From contig CAWJZV010000017.1 of NCBI GenBank assembly GCA_963847445.1, forward strand, positions 32,001-96,000: 64,000 nucleotides of DNA. Reading direction: 5' to 3'. Below are positions 20,237 through 30,881 of this stretch, piece by piece. Both the position numbers and the translations under genes were made by a program. The first letter of the stretch is position 1; every line of letters begins with the position of its first letter. This DNA comes from an uncultured delta proteobacterium. Lineage in GTDB: Bacteria; Desulfobacterota; Binatia; UBA9968. The notes under the pieces were generated by a model. That model did not search any database, was not told the origin of the DNA, and saw nothing but the letters and a program-made list of their open reading frames with translations.

Positions 20237-21286
20237 ATGAAGATCGCGCAGATTACCAGCGTTTATATCTCCGTTCCGCCGAAGACCCATGGCGGAACGG
20301 AGCGCATCGTCTATTATCTTTGCCAGCAGCTCAGCCGGCGCGGCCATCAGGTGGAACTTTTTGCTTCGGGGGACTCCAAGGTTGACTGCACCCTCCAGTC
20401 AGTCTTGCCGGTCGCCTGCCAGGACGATCCGCTTTCGACTTTTTATCTTGAGAAAGAGTTTGAGACACGACACACCTATGACCTGTATCGCCAGGCCGAA
20501 CGTTTCGACGTAGTTCATGCGCACTCGCCTACATTAGCGCCGTATTTTTCTGCTTTTACGACAACGCCGACGTTGGTCACTTACGGTTATATAGAAAAAG
20601 AACTGCACGAATATTATCGCGCACACTTCCCGCAGTGCCTTCCGGTGTGCGTCAGCCAGGCGCAAAGAAAAATGTTAGGGGACGAATCGATCCCGGTGGT
20701 TTATAACGGCATCGCCATGGACGAGATCCATTTTAACGATAAACCGGAGGATTTCTTCATCATCGTCGGCCGCATGACGCCCGGAAAGGGCATCGCCGAG
20801 GCGATCCGCATTGCCAAGAAGGCCGGCGCGCGACTGCTGATTGTCGGCCATGTCACCAGTCATCTGCCGTGGAGCGAGGAGTACTTTCTCAAGGAGGTCA
20901 AACCGCATATTGACGGCGATAAGATCCGCTACATCGAGCGCCTGCCCTATCGCGAGATCGTCCAACTGATGAGCAAAGCCAAGGGGTTTCTTTTCCCGCT
21001 GCAGTGGGATGAGCCGTTCGGCATGGTCGTGATCGAAGCCATGGCTGCGGGAACTCCGGTGGTGGCCTACCCGCGCGGCTCCATGCCCGAGTTGATCAAG
21101 CACGGCGAGACCGGCTATCTGCTCGACCTTGAGGATGAGATGGTTGAGATGCTCGATCGAATCGACACGCTGGATCGCGCGCGATGCCGGGAGTGGGTCG
21201 AGGAACGGTTCGGCGTGGAGCGGATGGTCGATGCATATGAAAGGCTCTATAAGATGGCCGCGAGCGGGTGTTGGACCGGGACCTGA
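20237..21286 (+). CDS. glycosyltransferase family 4
   Basis: VPPKTHGGTER, WDEPFGMVVIEAMAAGTPVV. Confidence 0.92.
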   Translation: MKIAQITSVYISVPPKTHGGTERIVYYLCQQLSRRGHQVELFASGDSKVDCTLQSVLPVACQDDPLSTFYLEKEFETRHTYDLYRQAERFDVVHAHSPTLAPYFSAFTTTPTLVTYGYIEKELHEYYRAHFPQCLPVCVSQAQRKMLGDESIPVVYNGIAMDEIHFNDKPEDFFIIVGRMTPGKGIAEAIRIAKKAGARLLIVGHVTSHLPWSEEYFLKEVKPHIDGDKIRYIERLPYREIVQLMSKAKGFLFPLQWDEPFGMVVIEAMAAGTPVVAYPRGSMPELIKHGETGYLLDLEDEMVEMLDRIDTLDRARCREWVEERFGVERMVDAYERLYKMAASGCWTGT

Positions 21287-21301
21287 AGTCAACGGCGAAC
21301 A

Positions 21302-22298
21302 ATGGCGAGTAAAAGGTGGAACCTTGAAAGCCTGGGAAGCGAAAGCAGCTATTGGCGCTCCTGCATCCTGATCACTGCGGCGCATCTCGATCTATTCGGT
21401 TGGATCGGCAAGCGGGAAAAAAGTCCCAGAGCGCTGGCTGCTCATTTTGGCGGCGAGGCAGTGGCGTGGGAGATGTTTCTCAATGCCCTCTGCGGCATGG
21501 GCTTGCTGCGCAAACGCGCAGGAAAATTTAGCAACTCGCGATTTACTTCGCGTCACCTTAGCGGGGCTGGAGCAACTTTGCTGTTGCCCAATTATGACGC
21601 TTGGAATAGTTGGGGTGGGCTCGCTTCCAGCCTCATCACCGGAAATCGACCGAGGACCCAGAAACCATTCGCCGCGGATCGCGCTCAGGCCAAGCGCTTA
21701 CTTTGCGCGCTGGATATCCATGCGCGGCAGATCGCGCCGTATCTGATCGAGAAATTGCCCCTCACCGGCTGCCAGACTCTGCTGGATGTCGGCGGCGGGC
21801 TGGGAACCTATGCCGCGGCTTTTTGTCGTCACTATCCTAGCCTTCGGGCGACTCTTGTTGAGCATCCCAATATTGTTCCTCTGGCGCGTCGGGCGATCAC
21901 GGGACTCGGGTATGGCGAAAAGAGTGCGGGTCATCGGACTGGATATTTCCCGGAATGCACTGCCGCGGGGATTCGATAGCGTATTCGTCTCCAACGTCCT
22001 ACACGCCCATGGGGTCGCTGAAAACCGCTCCTTAGTTGGCAAACTTTATCGTTGTCTCAACCCTCGGGGCCAGTTGATCCTGCGCGATGTTTTCATGAGT
22101 CGGGATAGGACCGCTCCCGAGTGGGGGACGCTCTTTTCCGTTTCGCTGCTTTTGCACACGCCCCAAGGACGTTGTTACGCTCTGGACGAGATTCTTGGTT
22201 GGCTGCGCCACGCCGGCTTCTCACGTATAAGCGGCCCCTACCGCAGCAGCCCGCTTCCCTTCGATCCCGATTCGATTTTAATAGCGCAGAAGAGCTGA
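21302..22298 (+). CDS. SAM-dependent methyltransferase with dimerisation domain (one indel near 21910)
   Basis: LLDVGGGLG motif I; FDSVFVSNVLH and LNPRGQLILRD in the next frame. Confidence 0.85.
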
Positions 22299-22502
22299 TG
22301 CGTAATTGACGCGCAATGAGCGCCAGCAGTGCGCGCTTATTTTGCTATCCGGCTCGGATCGAGAGGACGGATTGAACCGTCTCGACAACCAGGAAGTAGC
22401 AGCAGCCTGAATCCTAAAAAAGAGAAATGTCGGCTTTCTGACAGATTCATTCGCCAATTCTGATATACACGGCAGACATCTTAGTGCGGCACATAGAATT
22501 TA

Positions 22503-22755
22503 ATGAAACTAAAGGATCTGCCTGACTGGTCTAAACGTTTTGGCTCGCTTGAGCAGTCGGAGTCGCGCCGTTTTAAAAAGTGCCGAATCTTCGCCGTTGG
22601 GTCACTTCGCAATGCTCGTTATTGACTCCGACGGAGTCCAGAACCTCACATTGCTCGAGGTGGGTGCAGGTAAAATTAACAAAGTTCTTGCCGTGCTTAA
22701 GACTCATATTGGACGGCCACTCGATGAAATCGCGCAACTCGAAATAATCGACTGA
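22503..22755 (+). CDS. small hypothetical protein (probable indel)
   Basis: ATG 22503 then frame change into ORF 22540-22755; co-oriented with the Crp gene. Confidence 0.4.
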
Positions 22756-22780
22756 TGACCCAGTCGGGGACATCCTACTT

Positions 22781-23599
22781 ATGACCGACACTAATGCTAA
22801 AGCTCTACAGCAATTAAGAGACCTCGCCTCATATCCGTTACCGCAGTTGGAAAAGCTCGCGGCCAATCTGTCGATAAGACCATTCAAGACAAACAAAATT
22901 ATCTTCGATCAAAACGAGGACGCAAAGGTCGTTTATCTACTGCTATCAGGGGTCGTTAAGGTTTCTTACCTCCACAGCGATGAAAACCAAACGATAGTCA
23001 GTCTCCATCCGGCGGGCGAGTTTTTCGGTCTCGATGCGCTGATTCCCCAAATGAAGCATCCTTTCAGATGCGAAGCGTTCGAAAACTGCACGGTCGGTAC
23101 GATCAAGCCGCAAACCCTCGTTGAAATACTCCTGGGGATCTCCTATGAACCTTTCCTTCGGTGGCACACCGGGGCAATGAATGCCGGGCGAAAAATCTAC
23201 GTCCATTGCATCAAAGGCATTGGACTTGATCTGCGTAAACGTCTCGCTCTCGAACTCATGAATTTGGCCGATCGTTTCGGCAGGGCCGACGCTCGCGGGA
23301 TCGTGATTGATGTAAATATCAGTCATGAAGTCCTCGCCGGTATCGTCGGTGCGTCGCGCCAGCAGGTCACGGAACACCTCAATCAATTTGATCGTGAGAA
23401 GTGCATTTCAAGAGATGGACGTCGGATCATAATAAACGCGCAAAAACTTCGGCCGATCATAGAGAATCGGCGATCTAGTAAGAATCGTAAGCCGCTTGCC
23501 GTTTCACCGCGCACTCGTCCCAGTCTAAGCCGACCGTTTAGTCGAAAGTTTCGACGCTTTCGACGAGCCAGCTCGCTCTGCTCATCCGTGACGGATTAG
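22781..23599 (+). CDS. Crp/Fnr family regulator; true stop probably near 23480
   Basis: VYLLLSGVVK..GEFFG; HTH ISHEVLAGIVGASRQQVT; last ~40 codons overlap cassette 4. Confidence 0.88.
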   Translation: MTDTNAKALQQLRDLASYPLPQLEKLAANLSIRPFKTNKIIFDQNEDAKVVYLLLSGVVKVSYLHSDENQTIVSLHPAGEFFGLDALIPQMKHPFRCEAFENCTVGTIKPQTLVEILLGISYEPFLRWHTGAMNAGRKIYVHCIKGIGLDLRKRLALELMNLADRFGRADARGIVIDVNISHEVLAGIVGASRQQVTEHLNQFDREKCISRDGRRIIINAQKLRPIIENRRSSKNRKPLAVSPRTRPSLSRPFSRKFRRFRRASSLCSSVTD

Positions 23600-23655
23600 A
23601 GATCTCTCGAACCATCTAGCCTTTCCTTCAGGATGAGTTGCGGCACAAAGTTTGC
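23531..23655 (+). promoter_or_regulatory. enhancer + sigma54 promoter cassette copy 4
   Basis: CGAC-CGTTTA-GTCG-AAAGTTT-CGAC-GCTTT-CGACG; CGGCACAAAGTTTGC at 23641. Confidence 0.85.
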
Positions 23656-23722
23656 TCGTACTTTGTCTGGATCGTCTTTACAAAGGAACGAAATGCTTGC
23701 AGGGCCGAGAAAAGGAGTTTCG

Positions 23723-24205
23723 ATGGGCTTTGACTGGGCGACATGGTGGCGCGGCTTTCTCGGAACTGCTCCTGATCGGGATCAAGTGGCGCTTGAAATC
23801 TTGCGCCAACGGTACATCGACCAGCGGCAGAGGGAAAGTCAATTGACCGAACACGCTGACAAGATGCATTATCCGCAATTTGGTGAAAAACTGCTCCAAA
23901 TCGCGGCGGACAAAAATAAACATGCCGAGTGGATCGGCGAAAGGATTATCGCTCTTGGAGGCAAGCTCCCCGAGGTGCCTGTGCGCCGCTCGACGAACAT
24001 AAACAGTTGGCAGTATTTGCAGCTGGATCTAGCGGAGGAAAAACGTTGCGCCGACCGCCTGCCAGAGCAAATTTGGCGTCTCGAACCCGAGCATCCCGAC
24101 ATTAGCAATTTCCTGCAACGGATTGCCGCAGCGGAGAAGCAGCATCTTCAAGCAATCAACGACATGCTGATGCGCAGCGATGGGTTTGCGCTATCGCTCG
24201 CTTAG
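23723..24205 (+). CDS. ferritin-like domain protein
   Basis: HAEWIGERIIALGGK and AEKQH helical motifs; AAGGAG RBS. Confidence 0.75.
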   Translation: MGFDWATWWRGFLGTAPDRDQVALEILRQRYIDQRQRESQLTEHADKMHYPQFGEKLLQIAADKNKHAEWIGERIIALGGKLPEVPVRRSTNINSWQYLQLDLAEEKRCADRLPEQIWRLEPEHPDISNFLQRIAAAEKQHLQAINDMLMRSDGFALSLA

Positions 24206-24309
24206 GACCGTGGTTAACTCTCCCCTTCGTAGGACAAAATACGCATAAGCCAAGTCGTATCCGCATACGATTCAATCGCTCTTATCAGTGAGCGTTGAGT
24301 AATTTTTTC

Positions 24310-24432
24310 CGACCTTTTAGTCGAAAGTTTCGACGCTTTCGACGGGCCTTGCTGTTTTTCCTTCTGACAAGCTAGAGAAAATATCGGATCATGCGGCCTT
24401 TCCCACACGGCAAGGCGTGGCACAAGGCTTGC
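24310..24432 (+). promoter_or_regulatory. enhancer + sigma54 promoter cassette copy 5
   Basis: CGAC-CTTTTA-GTCG-AAAGTTT-CGAC-GCTTT-CGACG; TGGCACAAGGCTTGC at 24418. Confidence 0.85.
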
Positions 24433-24470
24433 GCATCATCAATTATCAATCGCCCGAACAGAGGTGTGAC

Positions 24471-24600
24471 ATGCGCACGGCAATGTTGATCGTCTTGATG
24501 ATTTGCTGCTGACCGCTGCACCGTCACTTGGCCTCCTGGTCGGTCGTAAGCTGACTACTTGCCGCGGCGGGCTCGAAGCGCAAATCGGCTCTACTTAACC
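24471..24600 (+). pseudogene. possible decayed DUF3309-like small membrane protein
   Basis: GAGGTG RBS, MRTAMLIVLMI hydrophobic start, broken frame. Confidence 0.25.
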
Positions 24601-24656
24601 AACATAACCGGGATCGGCCCTAAAGGCGCCGGTCTTGGAAACAGGGGAGGTGCTTT

Positions 24657-24875
24657 ATGCCTTTAATTCAACTCGTGGTGGTCCTGATCGTGGTGGGTGT
24701 GCTTCTTGGGCTGGTGAATCGTTACATTCCGATGGCAGGATCGATCAAGTCGATCCTGAATGGGGTTGTGGTCATCGGCGTAGTTCTGTGGCTGCTGAAT
24801 ATTTTCGGACTTTTCAATTCACTGTCGGCGATCCGGGTGGGCAAGCTGTCTTGGCTCGGCGCGATTGGCGCCTGA
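24657..24875 (+). CDS. Thivi_2564-family small membrane protein
   Basis: LIVVGVLL.LVNRYIPMAGSIKSILN.VVVI.VVLWLL pattern; GGAGGT RBS. Confidence 0.85.
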   Translation: MPLIQLVVVLIVVGVLLGLVNRYIPMAGSIKSILNGVVVIGVVLWLLNIFGLFNSLSAIRVGKLSWLGAIGA

Positions 24876-24940
24876 GTCGCGATAGGATCTCTGACTGCCG
24901 GTTGTGTAACCGATAGTCAGAGATCAAGAGATTGCCAGCC

Positions 24941-27368
24941 ATGTTGTTTTGGTCATTGCTGTTTCTCTTGCTTGTTCTAGCCGTTAGCCTATTGGACATT
25001 GCTTTCACTCCGGCACGCGCGCGAATCAGTTTGCCGGGGTTCCGTCGTCACACTCGCTGGGACTGGGCGACTTCCATTCCAACCGGGTTCAGACGTGTGC
25101 GAATGAGGGCTCTGGCGGCGGCTCGGGCAATCCGTGGTAGCCGCTTCGCCAAACGACAGTGGCAGAGAGGCGTCCTTAATCTTGTCGTTTGTTCAACGGT
25201 GATCATTACGACTCTAGTTTCAATCGGAGTTTATCACGTCAATTTTAACCGCAGCGATTTGCCTGACGTAGAAGCATTGGCCCGCTTTGAGTTTCCGACC
25301 ATCGGCACCGTCTACGACGCCGCCGGCCTGCCGCTCATTGAACTGGCAAAAGAGTACCGCAAGATCACCCGGTATAAGGACATTCCGCCGATTGTTCGCG
25401 ATGCCATCATCGCCGCCGAAGACAAGCGATTTTTCTCACATAGCGGGGTTGACTATGCGATCATTCCTCGCCTGCTGAGCAAAATCAGAATGCGCGCCTT
25501 TGGCGCCGGTCTGACTCGGATGGCAAGGGGAAGCGGCCAGTCCGGCGCTGCTGCCGCAAGGCGGCTCGACGATCACCCAACAGCTCGTGCGCGGTCATTT
25601 TCTCAAAAACCTGACGGCGAAGGAAAACAGCCACCAGCTGCAGTATGACGGCATGGTAGCGTGGGCGCTGTCTAAGCTGATCGGCGCGCGCACCGTCAAC
25701 ATGTTGGTTCGCAAGATCGAGGAGATTCGGCTCTCGTTGTGGATCGAAGAGGAGATGCAAAAGCGTTTCGGTTCGAAACGACAAGCTAAGGAAGAAATTC
25801 TCGCCCGCTACGCCAGCTTAATCTACATGGGAGACGGCCAGTACGGGTTCGCCACCGCAGCGCAATACTATTTTGGCCGGCCGCTGGCGAGGTTGACCGC
25901 CAATGACGCCGACCAGGCGGCGCTGCTCGCCGGTATCGCCAAGGCACCGCGTTACTACGCGCCCAACGCGAAGGATACCGAGCGAGTGCTGCGCCGCCGA
26001 AATCAAACCCTAAGCCTGATGGCCGCCAACGGTTTGATTTCCCAGGACCGTGCACGTGCCGCCGAGCAGCTCCCCATTGAAGTGATCGAGCGGCGCCAAG
26101 ACAAGCTGGGTCAGGCGCCTGCGGTCCTTGGAACGATCCTCCAGGAACTCAAAGGCCGAGGCGGCGCGGATCTCACTGCTGAAGATCTCTTTCAGGGGCG
26201 CATCCAGGTTTACTCGACGGTGGATGTCCGGGTGCAGCAAATTGCCAACCAAGCGCTGGAACGCGGCCTCGAACTTTACGAAAAACGACATCCCAGTGCC
26301 AAAGGGATAATCCAAGGTTCTGTCGTCGTGTTGCGCAACCACGATGCGAGCATCCTGGCCGAGACCGGCGGTCGGCAGTTCTACCAGGACCGCTCCGCCC
26401 GATACAGCGACTTTAACCGCGTCACCAAGTCCCTGCGGCAACCCGGGTCGACGATGAAGCCCTTCGCCTACCTGGCGGCCTTTCGCCAGGGAGGTTTCAA
26501 TCTCGAAACGATGGTTCCCGACGAACCGATCGGGGTTCGGGATGGCGAGAAACAGAGCACCAAATGGATCTCAAACTACGATCGACAATTCCGCGGCATG
26601 ATTCCGCTGCGCGAGGCGCTCGCAGAATCGAGCAACGCCGTGGCGATTTGGCTCACAGGGGAGATTGGCATTGGCAGTGTTCTGGCCACCTCACGCAGTC
26701 TAGGGGTGAAGACGCGGTTGCAGCCCTATCTGACCACGGCGTTGGGAGCGTCCGAAGTGAATTTGCTGGAGCTCGCCAATGCCTACCGCACCATGGCGTC
26801 GGGACTGTTCGCCGAGCCCTATGTGATCCGAAAAATCGTCCGCGAATCGGGCGAGGTGGTGGCTAAGGAAAAGGAGCGGTCAGCGGTCGCAGTCAACGAC
26901 CCGGCGCTCGCGCTGATTCAGGAAGGTCTGCGCGGTGTCGTGCGCATGCCCAGCGGCACGGCGCATACGCTTAACCCGAGCGTTTTCCCGATCGCGGTCA
27001 TGGGCAAGACCGGGACGACCAATGAGTTCAGGGATGCGCTCTTTGTCGGCTCGACCTTCGGCCCTGAAGGGATCACGGTCGCCGTTCGTGTCGGCTTTGA
27101 CGACAACCGTTCGCTCGGAACTGAAGAAACCGGCGGCAGGGTCGCGCTGCCGGTGTTCAGAGAACTGATGCTGCGAGTTTACCGCGACAAGCTGGTCGGG
27201 CCTGTGCCGCGGTTTCCAGCGCAAATGGAACAGAATATCAACGACTATCTCGCCGCCGGCTCGGTGCCTACCGGAGAATTCATGAGCGCTGTTAACTCTT
27301 CCCATCAATCGGCGCCGCTTGCGGTATGGGTCGAAGCCGGAAGCGCAACAGTGCAACGACAACCATAG
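24941..27368 (+). CDS. class A penicillin-binding protein, PBP1A-like (one indel near 25540)
   Basis: EDKRFFSHSGVD, GGSTITQQL, RQPGSTMK (SxxK), SSN, KTGT. Confidence 0.9.
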
Positions 27369-27420
27369 AAGAATCGACCGGCTGTCCGTTCGCGCGGCGC
27401 GCAATAATTCTTGGCAAAAG

Positions 27421-27436
27421 TGTCTAATATTGGACA
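27421..27436. promoter_or_regulatory. Crp/Fnr-like box
   Basis: TGTC-TAATATTG-GACA upstream of ORF 27564. Confidence 0.55.
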
Positions 27437-27563
27437 GAAACAGTTTTTGCGCCAGCCTAGGTTCCATTTCAAATATCACCATTAAGTTTCAGCCCCGAGG
27501 TTTTTTGGAAACGTTAAAAGCAGATAGGCTTAAACCTAGGCACGCCATCCGGAGGATGCCGCG

Positions 27564-27860
27564 ATGAACAAATTAATGTTGCTGGCGGTTCTCATATTGG
27601 CTCCCGGTCTCGACGGGAATAGCTCTGCATATTCAAACCAAGCGGTGGCCGCCGATGTTTCCAGAGAGCGGCCTGGCGCGCGACCCGAGCTCGAACATGG
27701 CACCGAACAGCAGATCATCGCGCCCGCCGAAAGGTATTATAGTAACGAAAAAAGATTGCTTACCGCCGCCGGTCCGGCTAACGAGCGTGAAGTGAAAAGA
27801 TTAAAGTTGATATTTCTGCTGATGATGAGCCTGGGTCAATCTCGCGCCCCAGTTCATTAG
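27564..27860 (+). CDS. secreted hypothetical protein
   Basis: GGAGG RBS, signal-peptide-like N-terminus. Confidence 0.55.
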   Translation: MNKLMLLAVLILAPGLDGNSSAYSNQAVAADVSRERPGARPELEHGTEQQIIAPAERYYSNEKRLLTAAGPANEREVKRLKLIFLLMMSLGQSRAPVH

Positions 27861-27879
27861 GAAAACCGTTCGAGCGATC

Positions 27880-27961
27880 CGACCCTTTAGTCGAAAGTTG
27901 CGACGCGATCGGCGAGACCGTTGCGGCCTTTCCCACTTTCAGAGTGAGGCACAATATTTGC
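27880..27961 (+). promoter_or_regulatory. enhancer + sigma54 promoter cassette copy 6 (short spacing)
   Basis: CGAC-CCTTTA-GTCG-AAAGTTG-CGAC-GCGAT-CGGCG; AGGCACAATATTTGC at 27947. Confidence 0.78.
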
Positions 27962-28005
27962 CCTAAAAAATTCCAGCAAGTCCGCGGGTCGCCGAAGGCG
28001 GAGAG

Positions 28006-28185
28006 ATGATTATGGACAAGATCATTTTGTTTTTGTCGATTGGGCTTATCGGTTGGTGGGTAGGAAACCTGGCGGGACAAGATCAATACGCGCAGGTATT
28101 AGGGGCCGATGCCAGTGTGCTCGAAATAATAATGGGAATTGTCGGCGCCGGCTACTTGTTCATGTTCACCTCCGGGACGCAATGA
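28006..28185 (+). CDS. 59-aa GlsB/YeaQ/YmgE-like small membrane protein
   Basis: IGLIGWWVG...IIMGIVGAG pattern; GGAG RBS; below ORF-track cutoff. Confidence 0.55.
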   Translation: MIMDKIILFLSIGLIGWWVGNLAGQDQYAQVLGADASVLEIIMGIVGAGYLFMFTSGTQ

Positions 28186-28260
28186 CTCGACTAATAACCG
28201 CCGCGCGGACGGATTAAATCGACCCAGGCCGATCAGTTCTGAAAGACACGACCCGCAGCC

Positions 28261-28385
28261 CGACTATTTGGTCGAAGCTCTCGACCATGTCGACGAACGT
28301 ACGGTGGTTTCCCTCGATCTTGCTAAATGTTTTTCTTGTGAAATCCAGCGTCTTCCTTCGCGCCCAGATCTGGCATGCATTCTGC
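28261..28385 (+). promoter_or_regulatory. enhancer + sigma54 promoter cassette copy 7
   Basis: CGAC-TATTTG-GTCG-AAGCTCT-CGAC-CATGT-CGACG; TGGCATGCATTCTGC at 28371. Confidence 0.82.
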
Positions 28386-28415
28386 TCCGTATAGTTCAGA
28401 TACTTAGGGGATCCT

Positions 28416-28703
28416 ATGAAAAAAATAATCACCATTCACGGTCAACGCGTCGAGCTGTATAGTTCAGACCAAGGGCAAAGCTGGTCGAGTAATCCGCAAT
28501 CGACATTCGATTATGGACAACGCGAGGAGATCCTGCGCGGGGAACTGAAGCAGCGATTCGCAAGGATAGACGGAATGCAGCCCGCTCCCAATATCGAAGT
28601 TGGATTTGATATGCCAAGCCGCTTTGCGGGACGGAAGAGAAGCAAGCGCTCTGTTCCGTTAGGCTCCATCTCGTGTTGCCGTTCGTTTGCGCGCATCGAT
28701 TGA
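28416..28703 (+). CDS. small unknown protein, paralog of 34816
   Basis: IHGQRVELYSSDQGQSWSSNPQS shared with 34816. Confidence 0.7.
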   Translation: MKKIITIHGQRVELYSSDQGQSWSSNPQSTFDYGQREEILRGELKQRFARIDGMQPAPNIEVGFDMPSRFAGRKRSKRSVPLGSISCCRSFARID

Positions 28704-29083
28704 AAGAATTCCAACCTGTAGGTAATTTGTCGCGGCACGGCGATCACGAGCGGTCCCGAGCACGTCCCTTAAGACTCAGTCGTTATTATGAGACGGAACT
28801 GTGCGGGCATAACGGTCCAGCAAATTATTGGTGTTGTTGAGCAGTAGACGATGAAAGATTGTCTTCAAAATATGAAGGAGGTCGGATTTATAAAAAAAAG
28901 ATCAATTCAAAGGGAGCTGACAACGGGTCAAGATGCACTGATTGTCAGTTCACCGACAACGATCTTCTGGAAGCCGAGGTTGAAAACGACTAGGTCCCGG
29001 GGGTAGTTCATCAGCGCTACCGTCAAGACGACCGAATCCAGAAGTCAGATATGAGTGACAATAAACCTAGAAGGAAAAATCTT

Positions 29084-29479
29084 ATGCGGAATAAAATTAT
29101 GACATCATGTTTGGTTGGTATTGGAATGTTGGCTTTAACGGGCATGAGCTTCGCGCAAACGACGCCAGCAAAGCCGGATATCGGCAGCGATAGCAAGGCG
29201 AAACCGGCCAAGCCGGAAACGGGCATGGACAGCAAGGCCAGTGAAAAGAAGGCGACAGGCGATGTGACTTCTGTCGATGCCAAAGCCGGTAAACTGGCGG
29301 TCAAGACCGCCGACCAGGACCTCAGCCTAAACGTTGAGGCGAGCGCCGCTAAAAAGTCGCTTGAGTCGATCAAGGTTGGGGACAAGGTTAACGTTTCCTA
29401 TCAGGATAAGGGCGGTATTCTAACGGCCAGCTCTGTCAGCAAGTCTGGAGCGACGCCAGGCCCCGGCGCTTCTCGGTAA
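29084..29479 (+). CDS. secreted protein with small beta-barrel-like domain
   Basis: signal peptide; GDVTSVDAKAGKLAV...IKVGDKVNVSY. Confidence 0.7.
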   Translation: MRNKIMTSCLVGIGMLALTGMSFAQTTPAKPDIGSDSKAKPAKPETGMDSKASEKKATGDVTSVDAKAGKLAVKTADQDLSLNVEASAAKKSLESIKVGDKVNVSYQDKGGILTASSVSKSGATPGPGASR

Positions 29480-29525
29480 ACCAAATAGCGATTGGTAGCA
29501 CTAAACTAAATAGTGCTGTCCTCGT

Positions 29526-29558
29526 CAGAGGAGGCGGCGAACTTCGCCGCCTCCTCTG
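29526..29558. terminator. perfect hairpin, putative terminator
   Basis: CAGAGGAGGCGGCGAA-C-TTCGCCGCCTCCTCTG. Confidence 0.7.
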
Positions 29559-29719
29559 TGTCGCTTATAAATGTATCTCAGTTTCGGCACATCGCTTCAG
29601 ACGATATTCGCAAGTTCGGGACGACCTGATTATTTCGCACTCGCAATCGCGCCGGTTAAGGTGAAGGTCATTGGTTTAAACAACTGACGGTTTTTAACGC
29701 GTCCTTTAGGACTCTGATA

Positions 29720-29758
29720 CGACCATTGGTCGCGAGCAAGGGCCGGCACGGATCGTGC
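29720..29758 (+). promoter_or_regulatory. sigma54 promoter with adjacent partial palindrome
   Basis: CGAC-CATTG-GTCG at 29720; CGGCACGGATCGTGC at 29744. Confidence 0.6.
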
Positions 29759-29799
29759 TCAATCTCAATTACAGCACAGACTAAAGAAGGAGAGTTTTT

Positions 29800-29880
29800 A
29801 TGGATACTCTACTGATCGTTCTTCTCGTGGTGTTTTTAGTCGGTGGCGGGGGCTGGGGATATTCTCGTTGGCGCCGGTAG
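29800..29880 (+). CDS. 26-aa microprotein MDTLLIVLLVVFLVGGGGWGYSRWRR
   Basis: AAGGAG RBS; near-identical paralog at 34677. Confidence 0.8.
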   Translation: MDTLLIVLLVVFLVGGGGWGYSRWRR

Positions 29881-30029
29881 CAACCGTTGCCAACCCCGAC
29901 CCGATCGAGGATCGGGCGAGATTTGAATCGTTTCAATTTTGCTACACCGGCTGTGAAGCCGTTTCCATGCGGTCACGGCCGAGTGGCGAATTTCACAGGC
30001 TTAATCCCAACCTGTAAGAAGGATTTTGT

Positions 30030-30881
30030 ATGCCTCCGCATTCTATCGGTTCTGGAACTATTTCCTTCGGCTTAGTGGCAATTCCGGTAAAACTTTACTC
30101 TGCCGCTTCTTCTCAGTCAGTCAGTTTTAATCTCTTGCATGCTAAATGCGGCAGTCGAATTCGCCAACAACGCTTCTGTCCGGTATGTAACGAAGTGCTC
30201 GAAAATGCCGACCTAGTTAAAGGCTTTGAGTTTGCCAAAGACCAATATGTAAAACTTGCCGACGAGGAGCTTAAAGCACTCGAGGGTGAAGCTTCCAAAG
30301 CGATTGAAATCGAGGAATTTGTCCCGCTCGCAAAAGTAGATCCGATTTACTTCGAAAAGACTTATTACCTTGGACCCGACAAAGGCGGCGAGAAACCTTA
30401 TCGGCTGCTAGCGGACGCGATGACCCAAGCCGGCAAAGTAGCTCTGGCTAAATTCATCATGCGCGGCAAGGAAAATCTTGTCTTGATTCGTTCAGCGCAA
30501 GATGGCTTGATGCTTCACACTATGTATTTCGCCGACGAGGTGCGAAGCTTCGATGAGGTTGCCAAGGGAGAGACAGCAAAAATCAGCGGCGCCGAGACCA
30601 ATCTGGCACTCCGGCTTATCGAGGAGTTGTCCAATCAAGAGTTCGAAGCCGAAAAGTATGAAGACCAATATCGCCGGCGGGTCACCGAACTGGTCAACAC
30701 CAAAGCCGAGGGCAAGGAGATTACGGTTGCCGCGCCGCAAGCGAAGCGCGCGCAGGTGATCGATCTAATGGCGGCGCTCAAAGAAAGTCTGGGTAGGAAA
30801 AGCAATCTCAAGGAAAGGAAGCCCGCGGTCCGTGCCAAATCGACCCAGCCTGAAAAAGACCGGAAATCAGCCAAAAAATGA
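30030..30881 (+). CDS. ku: NHEJ protein Ku
   Basis: GTISFGLVAIPVKLY, DPIYFEKTYYL, VIDLMAALKESL. Confidence 0.95.
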   Translation: MPPHSIGSGTISFGLVAIPVKLYSAASSQSVSFNLLHAKCGSRIRQQRFCPVCNEVLENADLVKGFEFAKDQYVKLADEELKALEGEASKAIEIEEFVPLAKVDPIYFEKTYYLGPDKGGEKPYRLLADAMTQAGKVALAKFIMRGKENLVLIRSAQDGLMLHTMYFADEVRSFDEVAKGETAKISGAETNLALRLIEELSNQEFEAEKYEDQYRRRVTELVNTKAEGKEITVAAPQAKRAQVIDLMAALKESLGRKSNLKERKPAVRAKSTQPEKDRKSAKK

